From: Candidatus Cloacimonadales bacterium | Lineage (GTDB): Bacteria > Cloacimonadota > Cloacimonadia > Cloacimonadales > JAFGVF01 | Direction of reading: 5' to 3' | Length of the DNA stretch: 64,000 bases | NCBI GenBank assembly: GCA_963667035.1 | Contig: OY762964.1 | Location: 1,440,001-1,504,000 of the forward strand | Part shown: piece after piece, positions 19,539 to 30,325 of the stretch | Layout: every line of letters starts with the position of its first letter | Numbering within the stretch: position 1 is the stretch's first letter | Notes under the pieces: generated by a model | Told to the model about the DNA's origin: nothing | The model's database searches: none | Seen by the model: the letters and a program-made list of their open reading frames with translations, nothing else | Translations under genes and position numbers: made by a program

Positions 19539-19575
19539 CTTCCGAAGTTTTACTTTGAAAGATAAACTTCGGAAG
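19539..19575. terminator. Hairpin downstream of hflC (terminator or REP-like palindrome)
   Basis: CTTCCGAAGTTT-N13-AAACTTCGGAAG. Confidence 0.6.
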
Positions 19576-19590
19576 TCTAAACTATGAGAT

Positions 19591-20538
19591 TTAACTACCG
19601 TCTGAATCCTTAATGAATTTATAGTAATCGCTGTCGGTTGTCATGATTAAAGTGTTCTTACCGTCCATCGTTTCCATATATGTTTCCAGGGTTTTCAAGA
19701 ATTCATAGAATCCGGGATCACGGTTGTAAGCATTTGCATATATTTTTATCGCTTCTGCATCGGCACGACCGATTATTTCCTGAGCAGTTTTATAGGCTTC
19801 TGATTGGATTAAATCCAATTCTCGTTGCATTTTACCAAGTATCTCAGCAGAATTACCTTGACCTTCAGAACGGTATTTTGCAGCTATTTTCTTACGCTCA
19901 GAAATCATTCTTTCATAGACTTTACGAGCAACTTCATCATTATAATTAATTCTTTTAACTTTTACATCAATCAATTCAATCCCATATTCTTCGCAAAGCT
20001 TATATGATAATTGGAATATCTGATCTGCAATTGCACTTCTACCCAGATTAATTTTTTCTTCTAAATCACCACTTGAATAACTTTCTTCATATTCTTCTGT
20101 AAAATTCAAGACTCTATTGGAATTTCTTACAATTTCAATGAGAGTATTTGAACTTACAACATCACGAGTCGTTCCACTGATAATATCATCAAGTCGTCCA
20201 TGAGCGAAAGATTCACTTCTAACAGTTTGGTAAAAGATAAGAGGATCGACTATCTTCCAGCGTGAAAAAGTATCCAGCCAGATGTATCTCTTATCTGAAG
20301 TTGGAATTTGCTTAGGATCACCGTCCCACTCTAGGATTCTCTTCTCGAAGAAATGAACTGTTTGAATGAAAGGAATTTTAACATATAATCCGGCGTTGCT
20401 TATTGTTCCGCCAACGGGATCACCAAATTGGGTAATTATAGCCTGTTGTCTCTCCCCTAAAATGTAAAAAGCATTAAAAAAGACGATAAGTAAAGCGATT
20501 ACTATAATTATGCTTATGGTTGCTTTATTGATTTTCAT
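19591..20538 (-). CDS. hflC: Protease modulator HflC
   Basis: SPFH domain; QAIITQFG, VYERMISER, AYNRDPGFYEF; ATGA overlap with hflK. Confidence 0.95.
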   Translation of the reverse strand: MKINKATISIIIVIALLIVFFNAFYILGERQQAIITQFGDPVGGTISNAGLYVKIPFIQTVHFFEKRILEWDGDPKQIPTSDKRYIWLDTFSRWKIVDPLIFYQTVRSESFAHGRLDDIISGTTRDVVSSNTLIEIVRNSNRVLNFTEEYEESYSSGDLEEKINLGRSAIADQIFQLSYKLCEEYGIELIDVKVKRINYNDEVARKVYERMISERKKIAAKYRSEGQGNSAEILGKMQRELDLIQSEAYKTAQEIIGRADAEAIKIYANAYNRDPGFYEFLKTLETYMETMDGKNTLIMTTDSDYYKFIKDSDGS

Positions 20539-21515
20539 TTTGTACCGTCCTTGTCAAGATTGAGAAGTGGAACTAAACCCTTCAGATCATCATCCACAAC
20601 ATAAACCTTATTGACCTTAGGAAGTATTTCTTGCATTGTTTCCAAATACAATCGCTTCTTGGTTACTGTTTTCGCATTTTTATACTGGTTATAAATCTGA
20701 ACAAACTTGTCCGCATCACCTGAAGCACGATTTACTCGATTAATAGCATATCCTTCAGCTTCTTCAATTGTTCTCTTGGCTTTACCTTTTGCTTCCGGGA
20801 TAATCTTATTGTAGTTCTGCCAAGCATCATTCAGGATACGCTCTTTCTCCTGTTTGGCTGAGTTCACATCATTGAAAGCAGGTTTCACCGGATCTGGTGG
20901 ATTTACATTCTGCAAATTAATTGTATAAATCTTGATACCGGAATCATATTCATCTAAAGACTTCTGCAGTTCAATCTGGATATCATCAGCGATTTCCTTA
21001 CGACTAAGGACTATAACCTCGTCACCACTTCTGTCCCCTACAATCTGACGAGTCAACGATTCGGATAAATCACGGATAGTTTCTTCGATGTTACGTATAT
21101 TGAAAAGGTACTTCACCGGATCATTGATCCGATATTGAACAATCCACTCAACATCTGCAATATTCAAGTCACCTGTTAGCATTAGCGATTCTTGATCGTA
21201 TCCTCGAGTTGAATAAGTTGATTTAACTCCTGAAGTAATGGTCCTAAAACCAAATTCTTCCTTAAAAACATGCTTGACTCCTACTTTGGTGAGTTTATCT
21301 ACTCCAAAGGGGATTTTGAAATGAAGGCCCGGTTCGGTGGTGCTTTGGTATTTCCCAAAACGCTGAATAACTCCCACTTCTTCAGGATCAACAGTGTATA
21401 ATCCTGTAAAAATAAAGATAGCTACCGCTAGAATTATTATAATAGTAGAAACTTTTCTCGATGATAGTTTCGGTAGCTTGTCAGTATAAACTTTGATTTC
21501 TTTCAAATTGGACAT
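20535..21515 (-). CDS. hflK: Protease modulator HflK
   Basis: MLTGDLNIADVEWIVQYRI, VNPPDPVKPAFNDV, RLYLETMQEIL; start placed at ATG 21515 after an AAGGAG RBS. Confidence 0.95.
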   Translation of the reverse strand: MSNLKEIKVYTDKLPKLSSRKVSTIIIILAVAIFIFTGLYTVDPEEVGVIQRFGKYQSTTEPGLHFKIPFGVDKLTKVGVKHVFKEEFGFRTITSGVKSTYSTRGYDQESLMLTGDLNIADVEWIVQYRINDPVKYLFNIRNIEETIRDLSESLTRQIVGDRSGDEVIVLSRKEIADDIQIELQKSLDEYDSGIKIYTINLQNVNPPDPVKPAFNDVNSAKQEKERILNDAWQNYNKIIPEAKGKAKRTIEEAEGYAINRVNRASGDADKFVQIYNQYKNAKTVTKKRLYLETMQEILPKVNKVYVVDDDLKGLVPLLNLDKDGTK

Positions 21516-21952
21516 AAGGCTCCTTGTTTCTTTTCTTAGAAATTGTTTGATTGTTTTGCTATTCCGTTCTGCATAGAATATTGTGGTTGCCATTCCAATT
21601 CAATTATTATTTTCATGAAGAATAATGGTTAGCTCAGTTACAAAAGTATCTATTCCAATCTCTGAAAGATACTTCCAGTTTCTTAAAATAGGTTATATCA
21701 CACAATCTTATCGTCCGATACTGTCAATTGATATAATAACAGTTTCCCAAACAATAGCAAATTGTATCTACATTTAGGAGTGGTTTACTATAGGCTTCGG
21801 CGGTAGTTATAATTTTCAAAGCAATTCATGTGTATCGCATGTTATTTAAACCAGCTTTCAACTTGACATGTTTTCTTAAGGGGTATTTGTAATGATATAG
21901 ACTAAACAAAATATAAACCCGATACAGATTTAAGCAGGCACAAGGAGCAAGC

Positions 21953-23221
21953 ATGAACGATATTATCTGTCCCAATTGTAAAAAGGTTTTCAAAGTCGAT
22001 GAGGCTGGATTTGCTAATATACTTAAACAAGTACGAGATCATAAATTTGAAGAGGAGTTAAAAAGCAGATTAGCATTAGCGGATAAAGAAAAAGAAAATG
22101 CTGTTAAACTTGCTGAAGCAAAACTTAGAAATTCCTTACAAGAAAATCTCGCAAACAAAGATAGAGAGATAAGTGAATTAAAAGCCCTAAAAGAACGCGA
22201 ACTCGCTGACCAGTTAGCGAAGAAGGAATCCGAACTCGCTGAAATGAAGTCCAAAATTGAGAATGCAGAGATTGATAAAAAGCTGACTGTGTTAGAAGCG
22301 GTTAAAGCTATTGAGAAAGAGCGCGATGACCTAGCGAATAACATAAAAATCAAGGAAACCGAGAAACAGTTACTCGAAAAGTCATTAACCGAGAAGTTCT
22401 CTGCTGAGCTTAAAACAAAGGATGATATTATTAAGCTGAAAGATGAAGAGATTATTCTGCGTAAAGATATGAAGCTGAAATTATCAACAAAGATGCTTGG
22501 TGAGACATTAGAACAACATTGTGAAGCCGAGTTTAATAAGCTCCGAGCTACAGGTTTTCAAAATGCCTACTTTGAAAAAGACAATGATGCAAAGTCTGGC
22601 AACAAAGGTGATTTTATCTATAGAGAGTTAGATGAGTCCGGTAATGAGATCATTTCAATCATGTTTGAGATGAAGAATGAAGGAGATGAAACCGCAACTA
22701 AAAAGAGAAATGATGATTTCTTTGCAAAACTGGATAAAGACAGGAAAGAAAAGAAATGCGAATACGCAGTCCTTGTTTCGCTTTTAGAACTCGAAAGTGA
22801 ACTATACAATGTAGGGATTGTAGATGTATCTCACAAATTTAGTAAAATGTATGTTGTCAGACCTCAATTCTTTATTCCAATCATCACATTACTTCGGAAC
22901 GCAGCCTTGAATTCAATGAAATACAAAGCAGAGCTTAGTTTGATAAGAAATCAGAATGTGGATATCACCAACTTTGAAGAAAAAATGAATTCATTTAAGG
23001 AAGGGTTTGCAAGAAATTACGATTTAGCAAGCCGTAAGTTTAAAACAGCAATTGATGAAATCGACAAGACTATTACCCATCTACAAAAGACAAAAGACGC
23101 GTTATTATCCTCTGAAAACAACCTTCGCCTTGCTAATAATAAAGCGGAAGATCTCACGATCAAGAAGTTAACCCGTGGCAATCCAACCATGAAAGCTAAA
23201 TTTGAGGAGCTAGATAAATAA
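21953..23221 (+). CDS. DUF2130 domain protein
   Basis: IICPNC N-terminus, long coiled coil, [40 protein letters not shown]. Confidence 0.9.
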   Translation: MNDIICPNCKKVFKVDEAGFANILKQVRDHKFEEELKSRLALADKEKENAVKLAEAKLRNSLQENLANKDREISELKALKERELADQLAKKESELAEMKSKIENAEIDKKLTVLEAVKAIEKERDDLANNIKIKETEKQLLEKSLTEKFSAELKTKDDIIKLKDEEIILRKDMKLKLSTKMLGETLEQHCEAEFNKLRATGFQNAYFEKDNDAKSGNKGDFIYRELDESGNEIISIMFEMKNEGDETATKKRNDDFFAKLDKDRKEKKCEYAVLVSLLELESELYNVGIVDVSHKFSKMYVVRPQFFIPIITLLRNAALNSMKYKAELSLIRNQNVDITNFEEKMNSFKEGFARNYDLASRKFKTAIDEIDKTITHLQKTKDALLSSENNLRLANNKAEDLTIKKLTRGNPTMKAKFEELDK

Positions 23222-23622
23222 GCTACTAATTCTTAAGCATAGACTTCTTACACTCCTTTAAAACTTTAGATAGATTAGACATTCTCAAAAAAAAGTCTAT
23301 GCTACTATTTCGTGGGTTGTTTCTTCGGCATATTTATATGCTATTTAAACAACTAATCAAAGAATACTAACATGGGAGACATGCCAGAATCGCTTTATCC
23401 TCATAGTTTGTTTATCGTTAACGCTTGACACTCAATTAGTACTATAATAATCATACCTTATTATCAGAGTAAGATTCAATGTATAATTGTTAAGCAAAAT
23501 ATGCCAATATCTATTGTTGGTGATATACAACAAATACACTAGGGTGAAGTACAAACGTTTGCGATATTTTATTGAAATAAATTGAGTATTGGTATCCAAA
23601 TAACGACCATAGGGTTAGACAA

Positions 23623-24345
23623 ATGAATATATGTAAAAAATGTAGCAATGAATTTCAAGGGAATTATTGTCCTAACTGTGGACATCCTTCAAAGTATGAA
23701 AGAATAGATGGAAGCTACCTCCTATCCGAAATTGGAAGTGTTCTAAATTTTCAAAAAGGAATTTTCCTCACGATATGGGAATTACTTATAAGACCAGGAC
23801 AAAATATTCGACAATATATATCTGAAGATAGAAGTCGACTTGTAAAACCAATCTTGTTTATATTAATCTGCTCATTGACCTATACAGTTTTTGTTCAGAT
23901 TTTTGAATTTAAGGATGGTTATATCGATTTCCAAATTGAGTTTGATAATTTAGATTCAGCAAGGAGTTTAATATTTCAATGGATAACTCAAAATTATGGT
24001 TACTCAAATATCTTAATGTCATTTTTTGTAGCTATATGGATAAAAGTATTCTATCGAAAATATCCCTATAACTTTTATGAAATTCTTATTCTGTTACTAT
24101 TCGTAAGTGGAATGGAAATGCTAATGTTCTCATTATTGGGTGCATTGGAAAGTTTAACAAAGATAAGATTTCTAAGTTATGGAGCTAACATTGTTTTAAT
24201 TTATGCTTTCTGGGCAACAGGGCAATTTTTTAATAAAAGAAAAGTATTGAATTATCTTAAAGCTCCTATTTCCTTTATTTTAGGATTGATTACTTTTATC
24301 ATAGTAGCTTTAGGGATTGGTCTGCTGATTGACTTAATGAAATAA
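23623..24345 (+). CDS. DUF3667 domain membrane protein
   Basis: CxxC...YCPNCG zinc ribbon, ELLIRPG, multiple TM helices. Confidence 0.85.
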   Translation: MNICKKCSNEFQGNYCPNCGHPSKYERIDGSYLLSEIGSVLNFQKGIFLTIWELLIRPGQNIRQYISEDRSRLVKPILFILICSLTYTVFVQIFEFKDGYIDFQIEFDNLDSARSLIFQWITQNYGYSNILMSFFVAIWIKVFYRKYPYNFYEILILLLFVSGMEMLMFSLLGALESLTKIRFLSYGANIVLIYAFWATGQFFNKRKVLNYLKAPISFILGLITFIIVALGIGLLIDLMK

Positions 24346-24506
24346 AAAAATCTACTGCGAACAAGTACATCCACGTTTCCACTGGTGAGTCGGTTCGGTC
24401 TGAATCGTCAGTTTCAGCTAGCAGTAAGAATACCAGTGATATATACTTCAAATTTCATTAAATAAAGTATTAACTAAGTTCACAACAAAACCTAACTTCG
24501 AAATGA

Positions 24507-24532
24507 AATGGGTATCTGTCAAGATACCCATT
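24507..24532. terminator. Terminator between convergent genes
   Basis: AATGGGTATCT-GTCA-AGATACCCATT. Confidence 0.75.
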
Positions 24533-24556
24533 ATAACTCTCTATTATTTAAAGGAC

Positions 24557-27500
24557 TTATTTCAGTAAAACTGTTTTTCTGGTTAAAACTTCATTGTTAG
24601 TTGTCATTTTAAAGAAATAGACTCCTGACGAGACAGGTTTGTTATGGACAGTTCTTCCGTTCCATGTAACAGAATGATTACCTTTTTCCATTATTCCATC
24701 AATCAGCTTTATTATTAACTGCCCTTTCGTGTTATAAACAGAGATTTTGACATACTGTTCATTTTTTAATGAAAAAGAGCATGTTGTTGAAGGGTTAAAT
24801 GGATTGGGGTAAACACTATTAATCTCTGTAAAATAATTTAAATCTGGAGTATCATCAGGTTGGTCAGATTGTGTGATGATGATGGAAATTGGACCCAACA
24901 AAGAAGATGCTCCATCTAAATCTACACATTCAAGCCAATAAAAATACTCCATTTCGCTTTCAACATCTTCATCAACAAAACTATAGTCATGAGTAGAAGT
25001 TGTATTTGAACTTGAGATAATTGTATTGTTTACTTTGAGAAAATCTGAAGTTGAATTATTCATGTTTCTGTAAACATTGAAACCAACCAAATCAGTTTCT
25101 GATTGTGTAACCCAGTTTAGTTGAGCATTATTTTCTGCTGTAATAACAGCAGTGAAGGAAGAAAGCTCTACCGGTAGGGTTGAAGCCCCACCGCCATTAA
25201 CTGCAAACTCTTCATCACCTCTACTTGCTGAAGTCCAATCAAAAGCAACTTGTCCTTGTGTAAAGACAACATTATAAGCTGGAATAGGTACAACTTCCCA
25301 AACAGCACCGTTAAGATGTACTAATTCTGTTGGCGTAAAATTACCTTGAAAATTAAATACTATACGAGTTAGGTTTCCATTTGGAAGAGTTAATCTGAGA
25401 GCAGCTCCACAATTTGCAGGATTTGGGAGTGGTTCATCTGGTTGATCTTGAACTTGAAGGGGAACACTTAAGGCACTTACTACAGAAGCAAATGATAAGT
25501 CAACAGTAGGAGTAACATCACCGTTCCCAAAATCAATCAGTGGGAACGAAATTTGTGGAGGAGTTATTCCACTGTATCCTGTGACTTCTGCATACACTAC
25601 TTCTGCCGGTTCTTGATCAGTATTGGAAGGCTCAGGCATAACAGTAAATGACCATTCAACAGGAGATACGCAATCTCCTGCATCATTATATGGAATCACT
25701 TTCCAATATACTGTTGCTCCCCATTCTGCTATATTTAATCGTTGATGGTAAAGGATATCAGAAGTATAAGCGATAGTATTTATGAGAGTTGTTCCCTGAT
25801 AAATCTTGAAATTAGTTGGCAACTCTACTCCACTGTATCTCCAATTTACTGTTACAGTTCTTGGTCTATCTGTAGAAGAGTCCTCCGGAAAGATATTGGT
25901 CGCAGCTGTAGGCTTTTCAGCAAAAGTTTGCCATTCTAAATATGGGTATCCGTCATTCTTACCGGAATCAATTTCCCAAATTGGAGTTGAGAAATCCCAA
26001 CTTGCATCTGTAAATGTAGAAAGCAGTTTCATATCTGCATTTGATTTACCGATGCCACCATTATAACTGCTACTCTGACCGGATGTCTCAATATCCCAAA
26101 AAGAATCTGTTATGTTATCTGATGAATAATAGTTAAATGCCATAAGACCACCAGTATAATCATTACCTGTAATACTTCCACTGTTATAGGATTTAGAGAT
26201 ATTAATCGTAGCTTGTGCTCTTCCAACAAATCCTCCACTAAAACTATCTCCAAATGTTGATACTCTATTATAACAATTAGTAATTGTTAAAGTACCACCT
26301 CCGACATAACCAACAAATCCACCTGCATTTGTGTAGGATCCAGTAACCGTTCCAGTGCTGTAACAAGAAGAAATAGTTGTATTACCAGATGAGGAACCAA
26401 TGAACGCTCCAACATTACCCCAACATGTGAAGTCAACATCCACAAGCCCAAGATTTGAGATACTTGCACCATTTGTTGAAGTAAAGAAAGCTCGCCCATA
26501 TATTGCTTTATCTATGAACAAACCTGATATAATATGACCTTGTCCATCATACGAACCGGAAAATGCTATAGCTGAGAGTCCCTCTCCTCCATTCCATGTT
26601 GAACTAGCCGAAGCATCAATATCGGCAGTTTGAATGAAGTACTTATCCCAGTAATCGCTGTTTTCAGAAAAATTCTGAAGGTCGGTAAGATCAGCTATCA
26701 CATATGGGTCTCCAATAGTTCCAGAGCCACTAAACAAACTTACAAATGAAGTTGTAAAACTAATCTGATTACCATAAAATGTACCATTAGTATTCGTAAT
26801 ATAGGCTCTGACATAATATGTAGTAGATGAAGATAAGCCTGAGATATCAGATGTGAAAGATCCTGCGGATACAGCACTTCCTTCATCAGTTGATGAGTTT
26901 AGTATAGTTGGATTACCTGAAGTATTCCAACAAACGCCATGAGCTGAGATAGGTGAATCAATTGAGAGAATAGTACCATTTCCGGTAGCCGAAGTTCCTG
27001 TTATGTCTGCAACATCTTGTGTTGTTACTAAATATGTAGTTGTAAAACTAACTTGATCTCCATATATTGTACCGGTATCATCGGTAATATATGCTTTAAG
27101 ATAATAAGTTTGACCAGATTCTAAAGCGGTTATATCAGATGTAAATGCCCCAATAGTACTTGCAGACCCTTCATCGGTTGAATAATCGCTTATCGCAGGG
27201 TTTCCTGATGTATTCCAACAAACGCCATGAGCTGTTATGGAAGTGGTTCCGATAGAGGTTATGTTACCATTTCCGGTAGCCGTAGTAACAGAAATATCGG
27301 ACACCGCTTGTGTAGTAACTGTACCGGGGATTCCAGGACAAGTAACAGTATAACTAATGTTTTGTGGCGTACTTTCATATTGCCCTGATTGAGCCACAAC
27401 AACACCATTATGGTCTTTAATCTGATATTCATTTTCATAAGAGTAACTACCCGGGGAATATTGCGTTGTAATTACATCAGAGCAAATTACTGAGAATTCA

Positions 27501-28822
27501 TGAATTTGCGGACCAGTACCAGTTGAAAGAGTTAAATTAGATAAAACAACGGAACTGTTTATCAAAACACTTATTGTACCACCATTCCAGCCATCACCAT
27601 AAGAATCTTTCAATTCTATCGTCCAAGTTTGACTCACGGACGCAGTGGCTGTGAAACTAACCTGATCACCATAAGAAGTTCCACCACTATTAGTTGCATA
27701 TGCACGAACATAATAGGTTTCACCCTCTGTTAGGCCTGTTATTGATGAAGAAAAAGGTCCTGTATTAGTTGCACTTCCTTCAGTGGTATGATTATCTTCT
27801 GTAGTAGGAGTTCCTGTAGTATTCCAACATACACCATGTTCAGAAGGATTTTCTTCACCTAAGCTTGTTATATTACCATTACCAGTAGCAGTTGTAGCAT
27901 CAATACCTGACACTGCCTGTGTCGTTACGGTAGGAGGATCAATCTGCTGCCATCTATAAGCATAAACACCACCACCTTCGCTATAACCAACAAAATCTTC
28001 TATATCGTTCATGCCGCAAGCTTGCTGACTACTAGTTTGATCATATGCAAGCAAAGAGTAAGTACTCGTCGAAATTTCGTATACGAAGTTAATCTTAGCA
28101 TACCCGGAAGTTTGGTAATAGGCTAATACGTGTGTTGCATTAACTCCTTCTATATTTGTTGATTGGTACCAAGTCATCTGTGGACTGTTTGGGTCACCAT
28201 CCGCTCCATAATCAATAGATGTCCATGTTTCGCTACTGATTTTGTACATAAAGCCGGTATTAACATTGGAGTATGTGTTTCCACTGTTTCCAACTATAGA
28301 ATTTCCATAGATACTTGTAAATTTAGTGTTTAAATAGCCTGGTCTGTCTATTGTTGTCCAAGTATCAGTTCCGGAATCATATAAACAACCATGATAATTA
28401 GTCCCATCATAATAATATCCTACATAATTGTCACCATAAACTCCTAACATTTCTGTTTGGTATCCTGATGGATGATCTAATTGTGTCCATGTTACACCAT
28501 CATACATAAAACCATGTGAGATAGCACTACTATCTTTATAATAGCCTACTATATTGTTACCATCGATTCCTTGTGGATATGTAAAATCTTCTCCCGGAAA
28601 ACTAAGTGTTTGAAAACTCGCACCATTATTATTTGTCTTGTATCCGATAACTGATGTATATGACGAATTTATTGACATTCCAATAATATTGTTACCATCA
28701 ATATCGGTAGCCCAAGTGCTATCTCCGTAAAATTGGAAATATGTCATTGATTGGGCTTGTAGAAATGTTGAAAATAGGAGTATACATGCTATAATTCCAA
28801 AAAGTTTAATCTTCATTTCCAT
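24557..28822 (-). CDS. Large secreted modular protein: beta-propeller-like repeats, three FN3-like repeats, GLUG-like region, FlgD-Ig/T9SS-type C-terminal domain
   Basis: Signal peptide; repeats G.NIVGY...HG.Y; 3x TTQ.V..I..T.ATGNG...HGVCWNT.G.P...TYY..AY.T; GSGTIGDPYVI; LPVELSSF; YPNPFNPSTT...SSGVYFFKM. Start at 28822 chosen from an AGGAG RBS. Confidence 0.88.
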   Translation of the reverse strand: MEMKIKLFGIIACILLFSTFLQAQSMTYFQFYGDSTWATDIDGNNIIGMSINSSYTSVIGYKTNNNGASFQTLSFPGEDFTYPQGIDGNNIVGYYKDSSAISHGFMYDGVTWTQLDHPSGYQTEMLGVYGDNYVGYYYDGTNYHGCLYDSGTDTWTTIDRPGYLNTKFTSIYGNSIVGNSGNTYSNVNTGFMYKISSETWTSIDYGADGDPNSPQMTWYQSTNIEGVNATHVLAYYQTSGYAKINFVYEISTSTYSLLAYDQTSSQQACGMNDIEDFVGYSEGGGVYAYRWQQIDPPTVTTQAVSGIDATTATGNGNITSLGEENPSEHGVCWNTTGTPTTEDNHTTEGSATNTGPFSSSITGLTEGETYYVRAYATNSGGTSYGDQVSFTATASVSQTWTIELKDSYGDGWNGGTISVLINSSVVLSNLTLSTGTGPQIHEFSVICSDVITTQYSPGSYSYENEYQIKDHNGVVVAQSGQYESTPQNISYTVTCPGIPGTVTTQAVSDISVTTATGNGNITSIGTTSITAHGVCWNTSGNPAISDYSTDEGSASTIGAFTSDITALESGQTYYLKAYITDDTGTIYGDQVSFTTTYLVTTQDVADITGTSATGNGTILSIDSPISAHGVCWNTSGNPTILNSSTDEGSAVSAGSFTSDISGLSSSTTYYVRAYITNTNGTFYGNQISFTTSFVSLFSGSGTIGDPYVIADLTDLQNFSENSDYWDKYFIQTADIDASASSTWNGGEGLSAIAFSGSYDGQGHIISGLFIDKAIYGRAFFTSTNGASISNLGLVDVDFTCWGNVGAFIGSSSGNTTISSCYSTGTVTGSYTNAGGFVGYVGGGTLTITNCYNRVSTFGDSFSGGFVGRAQATINISKSYNSGSITGNDYTGGLMAFNYYSSDNITDSFWDIETSGQSSSYNGGIGKSNADMKLLSTFTDASWDFSTPIWEIDSGKNDGYPYLEWQTFAEKPTAATNIFPEDSSTDRPRTVTVNWRYSGVELPTNFKIYQGTTLINTIAYTSDILYHQRLNIAEWGATVYWKVIPYNDAGDCVSPVEWSFTVMPEPSNTDQEPAEVVYAEVTGYSGITPPQISFPLIDFGNGDVTPTVDLSFASVVSALSVPLQVQDQPDEPLPNPANCGAALRLTLPNGNLTRIVFNFQGNFTPTELVHLNGAVWEVVPIPAYNVVFTQGQVAFDWTSASRGDEEFAVNGGGASTLPVELSSFTAVITAENNAQLNWVTQSETDLVGFNVYRNMNNSTSDFLKVNNTIISSSNTTSTHDYSFVDEDVESEMEYFYWLECVDLDGASSLLGPISIIITQSDQPDDTPDLNYFTEINSVYPNPFNPSTTCSFSLKNEQYVKISVYNTKGQLIIKLIDGIMEKGNHSVTWNGRTVHNKPVSSGVYFFKMTTNNEVLTRKTVLLK

Positions 28823-29305
28823 CCTCTTCTCCTTTTTTTCAAAGAATGTTAGAGTTTGCAATTGATAATATTGCAGTTATTCGTTGACTTTAAGTTTAAA
28901 ACTCATTATAATTGCGATTTGTTAGGTTGTACTTATATTTGGTTAATATAAAGATTAAGTGAATAAATTAAATCTCAGTTTCCTTTTCTTGCTATAACTA
29001 TACTTAGCGATATTTTAACCATTAATTATGTTAGTAATTAATCTATCCGGTTTTTGTTAGTTTTTGCAAATAACAATTTCTGAATCAATCTCTAATTACG
29101 AATCCTTTTTACAACGAGTTGGTACCTAATCCTTGATATACATACAACTTGTAGAATTATTATATTTTTTTGTAAAGTAGTTTTTTAATATCATTTAACA
29201 TTTTTACTTGCTGTCATTATCGCCAGTTCTTCATACATTCCATAATTATTGGAATTAAATATATTGAGTACTTTTCCGTAAATCAGAAGCATTCGAAAAA
29301 AACTA

Positions 29306-29330
29306 TGGTAAACTTATTCAGGACACTACA
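29306..29330. mobile_element. Isolated IS3-like terminal inverted repeat
   Basis: GTAAACTTATTCAGGACACTACA resembles the IS end at 18683-18708 (GTCTACTTTATTTAGGACGTTGTACA) and ends in CA. Confidence 0.4.
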
Positions 29331-29434
29331 CTTTAGTCAAAAAGCAGTATTACGGCAAGTATAGTGCCTAATTTATTGCATATCTTACTGCTTAGCTATT
29401 ATAGGAAAGAAATATGTTATTAGAATCGATTGCT

Positions 29435-29851
29435 TTACTCTCCAATAATTTTAACAAGTACTCTCTTACGTCTTTTGCCATCAAACTCACCGTAGAATAT
29501 CTGTTCCCAAGGTCCGAAATCAAGTTCACCGTTAGTTATTGCAACAACAACTTCTCGCCCCATGATTGTCCGTTTCAAATGAGCATCACCGTTATCTTCA
29601 AAACCATTATGATGATATCTTGAATAGGGTTTCTCCGGAGCTAATCCTTCCAACCAATTCTCAAAATCAAGGTGCAAACCCGGTTCATTATCATTAATAA
29701 ACACGGAAGCCGTAATATGCATAGCATTCACAAGGCATAATCCTTCTTTAATACCGCTTTCTCTTAAACAGTCCTCTACATCTCCAGTCATATTGATTAA
29801 CTCTCTTCTACTATCGGTTTTGAACCATAATTCTTTTCTATAACTTTTCAT
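29435..29851 (-). CDS. yjbQ: YjbQ/UPF0047 family protein
   Basis: [44 protein letters not shown] before ATG 29851. Confidence 0.92.
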   Translation of the reverse strand: MKSYRKELWFKTDSRRELINMTGDVEDCLRESGIKEGLCLVNAMHITASVFINDNEPGLHLDFENWLEGLAPEKPYSRYHHNGFEDNGDAHLKRTIMGREVVVAITNGELDFGPWEQIFYGEFDGKRRKRVLVKIIGE

Positions 29852-30325
29852 AAAATCTCCTTTGATATAGCTGTATACCTTATACACAAATGAGCACTAT
29901 ATGTCAATACAGTATAGAAACTTATTACATGCAACTAACCTTATCGGGAATTATCATTTGTACTATCTATGATGAGTTTAGGGAACAATGTAACATCTTG
30001 GTATGCATTGACGCATAAAATGCAGTTCTAAATAATGTATAATCCGCATTGGTTATCTTTAGCTTACAAGTTCTTTTATCATGTTAGATATTAAAATTGT
30101 TTGACACAAATTTTTCTATCACTAATATTGTTTATATTATTTAATAATAAAGTGTCTATTTGTGGGAAGTTCTTGAAGGTTTGCAAAGTCTTATCTTACA
30201 GCGATAATCAGTTCCACATTGAGGAAATGACTTTTTACATTATTTAACTGCTTCCAATTATTATTCGCATCAATGATGTTATTTCATTACGGCAAAGAAT
30301 AGTTCAAACTGATTAAGGAAATAGT

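Noticed and set aside
29343..29393. Riboswitch for the large secreted protein
   Set aside because: The AAGCAGTA...TACTGCTT stem with a U-tail is explained as the yjbQ terminator; no aptamer motif is recognised.
30150..30240. c-di-GMP riboswitch in the leader of the 30326 gene
   Set aside because: Only GCAAAG and a GATAATCAGTT resemblance; the GGCAAAC/GAAA tetraloop stem is missing.
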